Shown piece after piece: positions 1 to 12,873 of a stretch of DNA of 64,000 bases (the first letter of the stretch is position 1; every line of letters begins with the position of its first letter). The notes under the pieces are model-generated. The model searched no databases. It was not told where the DNA came from and saw only the letters and a program-made list of their open reading frames with translations. Source of the DNA: Felis catus. Its lineage: Eukaryota. The DNA lies in assembly GCF_018350175.1 (NCBI RefSeq), contig NC_058380.1, forward strand, positions 57,288,001 through 57,352,000, in the 5' to 3' direction. A program made the position numbers and the translations under genes.

Positions 1-724
1 TTTGGACATTTAGGAATTTACAGTGCTTAAGGGATATGTCCAATAGGCAGACCATACTGGGTGTCAGTGAAGTCCATTCTTTGATCAGTGATTGTTGCCA
101 CTCATCAAAGAGTCTGAAACCAGTCGCTAGACCTTTAAAGCCTCCTGGGTCCTCTCTTTTCCTATTTATTTTATTACATTTAAATATTTTATAAAGGCTC
201 TGTGTTAAATGCTGGTGATAGATATGAGGGACAGTCTCTGCCCTCAAAGAATACGGACTAAGGATGAAAACAGAAAAGGAAACATAATTAAAACACAGAG
301 ATGACAGTATATGGTACTGGTCTATGAGAGGGCTATCCAGACTAACATGTCAGAAAAGGACTGCTAACATAATTTATATTTAAAACCAGTCTAGAAGGAC
401 GATTAGGAATAGGCTTTGTGGAGACTTGAAAGAACATTCTAGATTCATACAGTAGTCTGTATAAAACTACAAAGGTGCAAAATAACTTGATGCTTTCCAG
501 AAACTGCAAATAATTTGGTATAGCCATGGTGGGGTGTGGATGGAACTTTTGAAGGATTTAATCAGGGAAGTGGCATTTTGTTTGTTTTTAACAGCTTAGT
601 AGCATGTTTTCATTTGCGTTTTAGAAAGATCACTGGTTGTTTGGGTGGAAGGTAGATTGGAAAGGATATCCTGGGAGTCAGGGGATGGCTATGATCAGAG
701 TCGTCAGAATAAAAGAGGTAGTTG

Positions 725-1057
725 CATATGTGGAATTTAAGAAACAAAACAGATGAACAAAGGGGAAGAAAGGAAAATTAAGATAAAAACAGAGAGAAGG
801 CAAACCATAAGAGACTCTTAAATACAGAAAACAAACTGAGGGTTGCTGGAGGGGAGGTGGGTAGGGGAATGAGTTAAATGTGTGTCGGGCATTAAGAGGG
901 CACTTGTTGGGATGAGCACTGGGTGTCATATGGAAGTGATGAATCACTAAATTATGTTCCTGAAACCATTATTACACTATATGTTAACTAACTTGGATTT
1001 AAAGAAAAAAATAAAAATATATAAAATTAAATTAAATTTTTAAAAATAACTTTTAAA
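725..1057 (+). mobile_element. 5'-truncated carnivore LINE-1 3' end with A-rich tail
   Basis: L1 3'UTR-like text (AAACTGAGGGTTGCTGGA...ATGTTAACTAACTTGGATTT) and A-rich tail, flanked by a 14-bp target-site duplication AAAAGAGGTAGTTG at 711-724 and 1058-1071. Confidence 0.8.
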
Positions 1058-4000
1058 AAAAGAGGTAGTTGAAGCTTTGAGTGGATGAGAGCATCCAGGG
1101 AGAATGTGTGGAGTTATAAAAGGAACAAGGACAGAGAGCCCTGAGGATACAATGATTTAAGGGTGAGCAGAGCAACATCCCAAGGAGACTGAGAAGAATT
1201 AGGATATTAGAGGAAAACCAGGGGAGAGTGAAGGTACATGCACTAAATGAGGAGAAAATTTCAAAAAGAGTTCAACAAAATTTGAAGTGAAATTGCTAAC
1301 ATTAAGGCTGAAGAATCCAGAAAGCAACATTTGGGAGCAGTGAGGGTGGAAGCCAGATCTCAGAGGGTTTGGAAAGAAAGAGGAGATAAAGCAGGGGAAA
1401 GGGAGATAAAGGGGAATGTGCTGTGCTGTGGCCTCAGGTTGGGGTCCCTTGGCTTCTCAAAGGAAATGGGTTAAAAAAACATAAATGGTTTTATCTCTGC
1501 TGTTAGGGAGATCACAGCCCATCAGAAGACTTCACACTCCTAAACATACACAGAGGAGCTGTTCTTGGGGTGGGGATGGAAAGGGAGGTCTCTAGGGAAG
1601 AGGGGGGTCAGAAACAGCAGAGATTGGCCAGAGTCCCTTGGAACCTACTCCCTTCTTAGACTGTACTGTCTGGCAGGTGTCTCTAGGCACAGGGGATGTT
1701 GTGGCTGGCATTCTTAGGGCAAGACCAATCCTGGTCAGAGATGCATTAAAAGTGTTGTTTGTTTTGTTATCAGGTAAGACTTTTCATATAGAGATGCTGT
1801 TCTGTTCCATAAGTCTCCAGTGACTTACCACAGGTCTCTTCTCTGGATTCTTTGCTATGAGTGACTATTCAAAAGAATTCATGAATGACAAAAGAAGTAG
1901 AGATCTCTTTGAGATCCTGAGCAGCAGAGTCAGGATTCAAAAAGATCTTACCAAGTCTGGAAAGAACAAAATGAAAAAAGCAGGGAACAATGTGAAGTTT
2001 GACAGGTGAGCTGTATGTACTTCCGTTGATTTGGGATATTTAACTGATAGCAAACTCAGAATGAGTCAGCAGTTTGGAAGGGCTTCCTTCCAAAAGTTAA
2101 AATGACTGGATTCATTGATAGACTCCAGAAGGGAGAAGCTGATAGTCCTCTACTCCCTGCACCAGTTAGTGCTCACCTGGAAGTTCTAGGTGCTTCATTT
2201 TAAGAAGGAACTGAGGGACTGGGACTATGTCACCTATAGAACAGCAGACTTGGATGAACGTGGTCTCTGACTCCAGTTTTCTTAAGAGCTGTCACGTAGA
2301 AAAATGTGAAGCCTTAGTCTGTTTTCCCTGGGGACATAACTGAGACCCACTCCCCAGGTTAGGCTCCTCCTTCTTCTCTGAGCTTACTTCCCTGCCTCAA
2401 ACCCTATCCTGGGGACTTAGGGAGGATTTTTAAAGAGTAGAAATAAACAGCCTAATACAAACATACTTCATATAGGGGGTATAATAAAGCTGGGGTTGGG
2501 AATACCTAATCTGATAGCCAGGGTCCATTCAGCCTTGAAATTTGATATTTAAATAAATGGAAAGGAGGGAGGCATTCCCAGGAGGGAAAGCTGTGTGCTT
2601 AAAGTTGGGGACAGAGTGGGGAGAGTGGTGTCAATGAGAATGGCAGGTGTGGAAGTTTGAGGGGAGAGCAGCCTAATTGGTGGCAGGTATGGACACCTGT
2701 TTGAGAAGATTAGACTTTATTCTGTGGGCAGTAGGGCCATGGGATAAAATTGGTATTTTAGGAAGCAGTCTGATTTATGTAAGAAGATCTGGATGCAGTG
2801 AGACTAGACTGAACCAAGGGAGACAGTGGGGATTCATTCATTTAACAAATATTCATTCAGTACCTACTACATACCTGGCTCTATTCTAGGCACTGGGGAT
2901 ACATCAATGAACAATTCAGAAACCCTGCTTTTTTGGAGCCCTCATGAGGAGTAATAGACAATAAACAAATGAGAATACTTTCTGATAGTGATTAAATGTT
3001 AAAAAGAAAATAAAACAGGATAATGAGATAGAGTGTGACTTGTGACTGGGGTGGTCGCCACTGAGAAAGTGATGTTTGAGCTGATGCCTGAATGATGAGA
3101 AGATTTGGGGCAGAACAGCAAGTGCAAAAGACCCTGAGATGTTAATGAACTAGGCATGTTTAAGGACAGCAGGAAGTGTGGCTGGAGCACAGTAAGCAAA
3201 GGGAGAATGACAAAGGTTGCTCTTAGCACAGATTGGGGATGACTACTAGAGGGTACATTTTGAACACGTCCCTTAGGAATGATTCTAACCCCCCCACCAT
3301 GGGGTTGTGATCACTGTCTCCTTAAGACTCACTGAAGTAATAAATAAATGGGAAAAGATGAGGGCTACCATTTCATGTGTAGTGCAATGTGATAAAGAGA
3401 ACGTTAGCCCCTAAATCAGACTCTGGCTTAGGCAGAGTTCTACCTCTGCCACTTCCTAGTTGTATGACCTTGGGCAAATGACTTAATCTCTAAATTTCCA
3501 ATACCCTGATCTGTCAGGTAAGGATATTAATTCCTATCTCACAGACTTGTGCGGCCAGAGTTGTGCTAGCGAGCCACACCCAGGGGTTTAGGCTTTGTAG
3601 GTGCTTGTAGCGCCACCTTGTGTTCATCCAGATGTTTACAGTATACGCAGTGTTTTATTAGAAGCGTAGCTCACACACACACAAAGACCATCAGGCTATA
3701 CAGTATCCTGGAGTTCTGTGTTTAGTTCGGAGCCCTATGTCTTGAGAGACGCTGACGTGAAGATTGGCTGAAAGAACAGGAGAGGATCAGTCTTGGAGAC
3801 CACCGTTCTGTGTAGAGGGAGCAAATAAAGACCGTGAGGCTCCAATGCCAGGATTATGAAAAAGTGGGAATGGGGTGGATAGGGGTGACAGGAGTCTGAT
3901 CCCAGCTGCAAATAAGGAAATATTATGGTTAGATTTGCTTAAGAATGAAATGAGTCAGCTTTAGCGGAGAAAGGTGATGATGAGCAAAAGCTTGAAGTAA

Positions 4001-4164
4001 ATAATATCTTACCCTGAAGATCATGTGACTCTGACTCCAACTCTTTAGGCTTCCAAAACAAAGGAAATGGTGTTTCTGCCATTGACTGAAATGAAAGTCA
4101 TCAGGAGAAAGGCGATAGATGAACTGTTTTAACATAGCAATTATTAAGTGAAAGCAGAATCTTT

Positions 4165-4330
4165 GGGGCACCTAGGTGGCTCAGTTGGTTGAGCATCCAA
4201 CTCTTGATTTCAGCTTAGCGCTGAGAGTGGAGCCTGCTTAAGATTCTGTCTCTCCCTCTGCTTCTCTCTCTCTCTCTCTCTCTCAAATAAAATAAAATAA
4301 AATAAAATAAAATAAAATAAAATAAAAAAT
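4165..4330 (+). mobile_element. Can-SINE, internally deleted
   Basis: GGGGCACCTAGGTGGCTCAG head, (CT)n, (AAAAT)n tail; TSD GTGAAAGCAGAATC at 4148-4161 and 4333-4346. Confidence 0.9.
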
Positions 4331-4769
4331 ACGTGAAAGCAGAATCCTAAAGCAGAATGATCCAGAGATCACGGGGAAGGTTGGGGCTAAAGCTGAAGGT
4401 TCAGGAGTCATGTGTATGAATGTCTGAACTTGAACAATGCAGGGGAGAATGTGTAAAGGGAGATCAAAGAATGGAGCCTTAAGATATATCCACCCTTGAA
4501 GTTAAGAAAATGAAGAAGGGGTGAATAGCCAAGAGTACAAGAGAGTTCAGTTATCATAAAGACAATAGGGAAAGTTTTACAAAACATGGGAGGGGCATTG
4601 TCAAATTCCCAAACTTGGATTACCCCTACCCCATTCAATTCCTACAATTCAGGTCCTGCCTGTCTCTTCCCCTCTCCCCAGTGAGCATCATCTGTCTGCT
4701 TCTTTGCTTCCTCTCATGGGGGTCTCAGGGCATATCTGTCTGATTCCTCCTCCATCACTGTTGCCACAG

Positions 4770-7700
4770 GAGGTGGTGCTGAGAGCCGACCAGTCCTTCG
4801 CTACAGCAAGGAGCAGAGGCCTACCACGCTGCCCATCCAGCCCTTCGTGTTCCAGCACCACTTCCCCAAGCAGTTGGCCAAGGCCCGAGCCCTCCACAGC
4901 CTTTCCCAGCTCTACAGCCTCTCTGGTTGTGGCCGTGCACAGCAGCCTGCCCCACTGGCTGCCCCCACTGCTCAAGTTCCAGCCTTAGCTCCCTCAGGGG
5001 AGTCACAGGCACCCACCAACAGAGGTGCCAGGAAAGCTGGTCCTGAGCTAGAAACCTCACGGCCGTCACCCCTGGGTAGCTACTCCCCCATCCGCAGTGC
5101 TGGCCCCTTTGGGCCCAGCACCGATTCTTCTGCTTCCACCTCGTGCTCCCCTCCTCCAGAGCAGGCCACAGCCACAGAAAGCTCACCCCCATGGAGCCAC
5201 TCCTGTCCTCCTGTTGCCCGGCCTGCCACCTCGCAGCAGCCACAGAAGGAGGATCAGAAGATACTGACCTTGGCTGAGTACCGTCTCCATGGAACAGGAA
5301 GTTTGCCTCCTCTGGGCTCCTGGAGATCTAGCCTCAGTCGAGCAGAAAGTCTAGCCCGGGGAGGTGGTGAGGGCAGCATGGCCTCCAGGCCCAATAATGG
5401 TATGAGCTTTACCCCCCACCCCCAGCATCTTTACCTCCCCTTTGAACGGTTTCTTATACTCCAGCCTGGGGTCAGGGGTTAAATAATGGGGGGGGGGGGT
5501 TTAATATGGGGTCCTTCCCCATATTATCTATGGATAATATCCACACACACACCCAGCCCTCATATTTTATATGGGCCCACTGGGTGGATATGAAGTGCTA
5601 TCTCCTGCTAACTCTTGTCTGTCTCTTCTGCTAATCTGTTCTGCTTTCAGCCAACCACCTGTCCCCTCAAGCACTCAAGTGGCGGGAATACAGGAGGAAG
5701 AACCCACTAGGGCCACCTGGATTGTCAGGGAGCCTAGACCGAAGGCCGCAGGAAGCTCGACTGGCCCGAAGGAACCCCATCTTTGAATTCCCTGGCTCCT
5801 TCAGTGCTGCTGGCCATCTGAACTGCCGGATGAATGGTGTGTGGCCCAGGTCCCCAGTATACCCAGAGCAGGCTCTACCACAGCTTGGCAGGGCTGGAGA
5901 AGGGGTCAGTCCCCAAAGGAACACAGAACCCAGCTGCAACTCTTAGGAGAGTTGCTTGAGACTGATTTTTCTCTTCTTTGCAGGTCAAGTAGTAAAGCCA
6001 TTACCACTGACCTGCCCTGACTTCCAAGACCCCTTTTCCTTGACTGAGAAGCCTCCAGCTGAGTTTTGTCTGTCCCCAGATGGCAACTCAGAGGCCATTT
6101 CCATTGACCTACTTCAGAAAAAAGGTGAATATTACCTCCAGCTCAGGCCAGGAATTCTGTTGTCAGTGCCTATTTGTGCCCATTGCCCTACTGTCTAGTC
6201 TTCCAGATTATTTCCCTATTTTAGAACTCCACATGCTAGGAAAGAATTAGCACAGGAATTGGGGCAAGAGGTAGAAGTCTGTGTATTGTGTATGGTGTGT
6301 GTGCATGAGCACGCAAGGGTCATTTATCAGATGCTTAAGAATCGGGCTTCAGTCTCTTGCCTTGGAGAGCTACGTATAGTGAGGGAGACTTTGCCATAAA
6401 TAAATGGCCATGTGCTCTTGGGGACAGTTCAAGTACTACAGGGACTAACAGCTTCGGTAAGCATAATGGTGACATCTACTAAGCTATTTAGCAAATAAGG
6501 GACCACTGGACTAAGAGAGCTGCTTCAATGAGATGATGCAAAAAGAACTGAACATCATTGTGGGCTGAGGGGAAGGAGCCTGTGAGAAGGAATAAAGATG
6601 AAGCTAAGGTCCCTTGCAGAGGAAGAGTGGGAGATTCAAACCTAGGAAGAGGGAAGAACCTTGAACAAGATGGAGAGTGAGTGGGCCCTGGGGGAGGTTA
6701 GGTAGAATGTAGTTAGGTCTTTTGGATGGACAGGGATGTGGAATTCATGACCAGTCACCTCTGTTCTCTAGGTGAAGTAGAATCAAGGGCTTGAGAAGAG
6801 GGGTAAAGATTTGGCAATGTGAAAGGATAGCAGAGCGTACCACGAGACGCACATCCAAGAAGTGCCCTTGTCGATCACTGTTTTGAGTGGCCCCGGACTT
6901 TCTCCAGCAGCCACTAGCCTGGTTTCTCATAGCAGAGAAGATGAATAGTTAGATTGATCTAGGATATGGAGTAAGAAGGTCTTGAAGATGCAGTTGGTGA
7001 GATGGATCCACTGGTGGTGAAAGCAGTGCAGGGCTTGAGAACTGGGCAAAAACAAGAAGGGGCCAGGGACTGGTCCTCGGTGAGACTGAGATCCGTGTGC
7101 AGAGACAGAGAGAAAGAGTGGAAGCCCCTCCCTCTCTCCACAGAGGGCTCCGTTTCAGCCACGTTGCCCAGGGACTTGCTTAGGAACCTGTCACACATCA
7201 AATTCTTACTTGCAGGGCTGGTGAAAGCAGTTAACACTGCTGTGGACCTCATTGTGGCCCATTTTGGCACAAGCCGGGATCCTGGGGTGAAGGTAGGCAA
7301 GAAACTGAAGAGCTGAGCTCTACCCGGCTGACCCTCACCCATTCTGTGCGACCACTTCCTCCTGCTCTCTTGCACCAAGAACCCAGAGTTGGGAGCTTCG
7401 GGATGGGGATCTCAAGAGAAGCATGCTCAGGCCTAAGAGAGTCAGAAAGGACCAAGGTCAGGCCTCAAATGATTCTCTGTACTTGTCTACTGCATCCACA
7501 GGCAAAGCTGGGGAATAGTTCTGTGAGCCCCAATGTGGGCCACCTGGTTCTGAAGTACTTGTGCCCTGCGGTCCAGGCTGTGCTGGAGGATGGGCTCAAG
7601 GCCTTTGTGCTAGATGTCATCATTGGGCAACGTAAGAACATGCCGTGGAGTGTGGTTGAGGCTTCCACACAGCTGGGTAAGTGCTGGGTGGCAAAATGGG

Positions 7701-10415
7701 GACTCCAGGCTGAGATTAAGGTTCCAGAGACTGGACATGTGACTGCTAACTCTGGCTTCCTCTCAGGCCCGTCTACCAAGGTCCTGCATGGCCTCTACAA
7801 CAAAGTCAGCCAATTCCCAGAGCTCACCAGTCACACCATGCGTTTCAACGCCTTCATTCTTGGCCTGCTCAAGTGAGTGTGTGGGGCAACAAGAGCTGCA
7901 AACCACCAGCCCTCCCCCCTAGGCTCCGCCACTTCTGAGGAACCAACTCCCTAGACTGAGACAGTCAGGTGGATCCACAGGATCTGTGGCCAGGGCTCAG
8001 GCTCACCTTCCTCCTTCCCCCGCCACTCCCATCTAGCTATAGCCTCTCTCAGTAGGTCACTGGTTTCCCACCACACCCACAACCCCCTGGCACTGATCAC
8101 CAACATGGTCATTTGCTTTTAATCTGGTTTTTAATCCATAATCTGGCTTATTTGGAAATTAATCTGGTTCTTTGGATATTGTAAACTTTGATCCACTCCA
8201 TTCCATCACTACTTCCAAATCCTGCCTGCCCGTAAATCCATCTTGAGATCCACATCCTAGTATCTTTCTTTCTCAAGTATGGGCCCAGGCCATCCCCTTG
8301 GGGATGTGTACCCTGTACTCTCACTCAGTAGCTGCCCTGACTTCTTGGGTCCTATGCAAGCCAACTCCTTTCTAGAGGGAAGAAATTGGCTTGTGAATCA
8401 CATGTTCACCCCCTCCCAACGTCCCCGCTGACTTTCCAGAACTAGATTACATGAAATGAACCAGGTAGCCATAGAAGGGGGGTGTGCAGCCTATACCTCT
8501 GCTCTATGTCTGACCCGATGTCCATCTCCTTTGTACCTTATCATCTGGCTATATCCACACAAGATTCAACTCTCTTCACCTATTTCCCTACAGCATCCGG
8601 TCCCTGGAGTTCTGGTTTAACCACCTCTATAATCACGAAGGTAATGCCCAGAACACTGTTCTCTCTTGCAAACTCAATATAGGCCAGACCTCAGAGGCTC
8701 AAAGAGGGAGGCACAGCTCTTTACAGACTCTAGAGGTGGGGAGGGAACCCCACAAACTTTCATCCTCAAAGCCGGGGCTTCTGCCCAAAACTTCCCCCAG
8801 CTTCTACTTGTGTTAGAGCCTTGGAGTCAGCAGGATACTCAGACAGTGTGGAAGTCAGGGTGGCTAGGAACCCCAACACCTCCACTCTGAACTTGGGGCT
8901 GCCACTTAGGGTTTGGAGGTCGCGACCTGCACAACTTGAAGTGGCATCGTTTCCACTGGAGTGCATCTGAGGGCACAGTACGCAGCCTGTGTGGCCATAT
9001 GCGGTGGCTCTGCCAGGGCTGCTTCTCAAAGGCCCACCCCAGGCCAGGCTGTGCTTCTCTGTGTGGCTCAGGCCTCTCTCTTTCTCCCCTAGATATCATC
9101 CAGACCCACTACCAGCCGTGGGGCTTCCTGAGTGCAGCACACACTGTGTGCCCTNNNNNNNNNNNNNNNNNNNNNNNNNNNNNNNNNNNNNNNNNNNNNN
9201 NNNNNNNNNNNNNNNNNNNNNNNNNNNNNNNNNNNNNNNNNNNNNNNNNNNNNNNNNNNNNNNNNNNNNNNNNNNNNNNNNNNNNNTCCCAGGACCTACT
9301 GCTGTCCGCCCACTCAACATTGCAGCTGGCCCGGGCTCGGGGCCAGGAGGGCCCTGGAGACACGGACAGGGCAGTCCATGGGGAGCGGGTGAAGGGTGTG
9401 GGTGCCTCAGAAGGTGGAGAGGATGAAGAGGAAGAGGAGACAGAAGAGGTGGCAGAGGCAGCTGGGGGCCCAGGGCGTGGCAGGTGGGCCCGAGGCGGGC
9501 AGGCCGGCTGGTGGTACCAGCTCATGCAGAGTTCCCAGGTCTACATCGATGGCTCAGCTGAGTGCTCTAGGTTCCCCCGTGGTGGCAGCAGTAGCAGCAG
9601 TGAGAAAAAGAAAGGGTCAGGAAGTGGGGGGCCACCCCCTCGAGAGGGAGTAGTCGAGGGGGCGGAGGCCTGCCCTGCCCCTGAGGAGACCCTTGGCCGG
9701 GATAGGGGCTGGCCCTTCTGGATGGGGAGCCCACCTGATTCTGTGCTGGCTGAGCTGAGGCGCAGCCGGGAGAGGGAAGGGTCCACTGCCCCCTCAGCAG
9801 AAAATGAGGAAGGAGCCTCAGAACCTTCACCTGGGGGCATCAAGTGGGGCCACCTCTTTGGCTCCCGAAAGGCTCAGCGTGAGACCCGGCCCGCAAACAG
9901 GTGAGCGGCATCCCATAGTGTAGACGGAGGGATTTGGGGAGCCTCTCTAAGCCAGGGTACAGACAGAGCCAGAGCTCTAGCTGCTCTCTTCTAGGCTACC
10001 CTCTGACTGGCTGAGCCTGGACAAGTCCATGTTCCAACTAGTGGCACAGACAGTGGGTGCCCGCCGGGAGCCAGAGCCCAGGGAGAGCCTGCAGGAGCCA
10101 CCCTCTCCAGCTCTGCCCTCCAAGCCTCCATGGTAAGCCCTGGGAGACAGGATTGGGGGGCTGGGTTTGGCTTTGGATGGGGTTTCTCTGACCTCCATTT
10201 GTTGTTTCCCCAGCGAGGTGAAGGCACTGTGCCATCATCTGGCCACAGGCCCTGGACAGCTGAGCTTCCACAAGGGAGATATCCTCCGGGTGCTGGGGCC
10301 AGCTGGAGGAGACTGGCTGCGCTGCAGCCGCGGCCCCGACACCGGCCTGGTGCCACTGGCCTATGTGACCTTGACCCCAACTCCAAGTCCAACCCCTGGA
10401 AGCAGCCAAAACTGA
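4770..10415 (+). CDS. RUSC2: RUN and SH3 domain-containing protein 2 (iporin), 3' part; upstream coding exon lies outside the window
   Basis: GT-AG exons 4770-5399, 5651-5836, 5984-6124, 7216-7292, 7502-7676, 7767-7872, 8594-8640, 9093-9900 (N gap 9155-9286), 9995-10132, 10214-10415 (TGA). The translation gives the RUN domain ([12 protein letters not shown]...[20 protein letters not shown]) and a C-terminal SH3 ([27 protein letters not shown]...GLVPLAYV...PGSSQN), matching recalled human RUSC2. Confidence 0.97.
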
Positions 10416-10886
10416 GGCCCTGTGCATGTTGGTGGCCTCAGGGACCCTCATAATCCCCAACTCAGAGCCTGAGAGCCCTTCCCAAGCCCTCTGGCTTGGA
10501 CACAGAGAGCAGACTAAGAGCTGGGGGCCATACATCCCTGTGCTCAGTATTAATTACTCCCCATTAACTGTCCCAGTGACCTCATCCAGACCTCCACCCC
10601 GGAAAGGAGGGAAGGGATGCAGCACTGGGCTGCCAGGATTTCCCCGGCCATCTGGGCTGGCCCTTCCATAGGTACAGATAAGCATGTCCCTATGGAGGGA
10701 GGTGACCAGAGGCCCATTTGCAGGGTTCCCTAGGCCAGGTGGTGAGGAGGATGGGTGACAGTATTGGGGCCAGCTCCCTAAGCCCCCAAATGTAAATAGG
10801 CTGTGGCCAGTGCCTGGTGGTCAGAAGAGGGAGGAGGAGCCCAGACTTCTGTTTATGTATTTATTTATTTATTTATTACACCTATT

Positions 10887-10892
10887 AATAAA
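10887..10892 (+). terminator. RUSC2 polyadenylation signal AATAAA
   Basis: AATAAA ~470 nt after the stop, followed by a T-rich downstream element at ~10916-10926. Confidence 0.8.
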
Positions 10893-11017
10893 AAAGGTGC
10901 TCGGCCTCCAAACCATTTTTCTTTGTGCCTCCCCCCACCCTGCGGCCCACCTGTCTTCCTTGCAAAAGGATGGCTGGGATAGGAACAAAGGGAAGACAGA
11001 ACCTGAAGTCCAGGTAC

Positions 11018-12873
11018 CTATACCAGGAGCTGCTTCTGAAGGGTGCTGAGGCCCAGTGCATCATGGGTGAGATGCCCATACGTGCGACCGAACTGGAACT
11101 TATACCCTATATGGACAAGACAGTCTGTCACTTGTAGCTGGTAGCATGGAAAAGCCATTTATTTCTCAGCCAGTGCCTAAGCCCTCCAAAATCTTGTCCC
11201 ACCTTCCACTGTGGGCTACCTCCGTTTCCTTTTCTGCGCAGTGGTAAGCTGAACCACGTGATCCAAGCCCCCCCCTCCATATCTATTAGTTCCAACCCCC
11301 CAAACCACCTCCACCCGTGCCACACACATACAAATACTCTGGTCCCCGAAGCTTCCCTCTGGGGCTATCCTCACCTGGCACATAGCCCCCATAGTTAGGT
11401 AACAGGCCCAGGTTCTGAGGGTAGGTCCTAGAAAGTGGGGGGAGATGTTTGGGATCCTTCTGGGATCTGCCCCTTGAATACATCTGTCCAAATTCCTGCA
11501 GTGCCCGGTTGGTGAGCACAGGAAAGCTGGAGCCGAAGAGGAAGCGGGCCCGGGGCACATAACCAGTGAAGCCTAGGGGGATGGGGATACTGAGTCAGGA
11601 CCTCCTGGGAGCCTCCCCATGCTTTTGATCATTACCCACTTCCTCTCACCTGGCATGAAGAACTTTCGAGGATCTTTGTCATCCATGGAATAGGGGGAAG
11701 CCTTGTGAGGGGAAGTTGATAGAGAAAAAATAAGGGCATCAAATTCAGCTCCTGTGCTCTACCAGAAGCTCCCTGGGAGCTGGAGCTGGCAGTCAGGCCC
11801 ATACTCCCTGTACCCAGAGTCATGCTACTCATGGCCACCCCTAGGCCTGGTCACACTACCAACTCCCCCTGCACTCTCTCCAGCCTTGTTGGTCTCACTT
11901 GTTCTGCCTCTTGCCCCGGCTCCAGCTCCTTCTCTGCCTCCAGCTCTGACTCTGGCTTTGGTTCTTGGTCTTTCCCCACGTCTTTTTCTTCCTTGGCTTC
12001 CTTCGGCAGTTCTTGACTCCTTTGTCCCCCAGACCACTGAGTGAAATCATTCAGAGCCTCAGCCCAGACCTGGCTACAGTTCTTGGCAAAGAGGAACTGT
12101 GCCTGGGGTACAAAACCTGGGTGGGAGGGGGCAAGGAGGATTTCGATTAGTGTTTGGGGCACATGTTCTGGGACAGGGACACCTATTCAGACCACACATA
12201 CATACCTGTGTACCCTGGGATCATGCTGGAACTGAGCCTTTCATGTCCACGCCTGACAGGCGGTCTTCCTCTGGGAACCTCAGGAGATGGTGGAGGCCGG
12301 ATGGGAGGCAGAAGTGCGCGATGGGCAGGGGGCCAGGCCAGGCCAGGAACTCCTCGAAGTAGCTGACCAGTCATCTGCCCATAGGTCTGGCCCATGCTGA
12401 ACCGAAGTAGTGGGCAGTGTCCGGTGTACCTGTAGCACAGGACCCCCCCCCCCGACTCACCTCCAGTCTCCCTCTGCTCCATCACCCCCAGAGATAGACA
12501 CAGAGACCTCTGAAGCCCTGATTTTTTTTTCTGGATTCAGCTGTGTGCCTATTTGGAGCAGGCATTTCTCAGTTCTCTAGGTTTTCAACCCTTCCCCTCT
12601 GCTGTTACCCTGTTACCATAGAGAAGACAACAGAGTTTTGTGGCAGGCCCAGCTACCACTATTGCCTTGCTTTTCCTTTTCCATCAAACACCATAAATAT
12701 CCCAGCCCTGGGCCTCCCAAATACCAGTATGTCTACTTGACCTCCAAGATCTAAGTGGCACAATTCCCATATCCCTATATGCCTATTTCCAGAAACAAGC
12801 AGAAGTCTTACCCTGGGATATAATGAGGGTTCTGGGGGTTCAGCCCTGGTATGAAGGTGCTGGCCATAGCCAT
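11018..12873 (-). CDS. FAM166B: FAM166B / CIMIP2B, ciliary microtubule inner protein 2B
   Basis: Exons 12873-12812 (MAMASTFIPGLNPQNPHYIPG), 12429-12206, 12116-11899, 11701-11650, 11572-11375, 11106-11018 (GYKFQFGRTYGHLTHDALGLSTLQKQLLV*). Repeated PGYTG/GFTGYVP/YGGYVP motifs typical of FAM166; all junctions GT-AG and in phase. Confidence 0.95.

Noticed and set aside
4165-4240. tRNA-like A/B boxes in SINE heads
   Set aside because: These are tRNA-derived SINE promoters, not tRNA genes.
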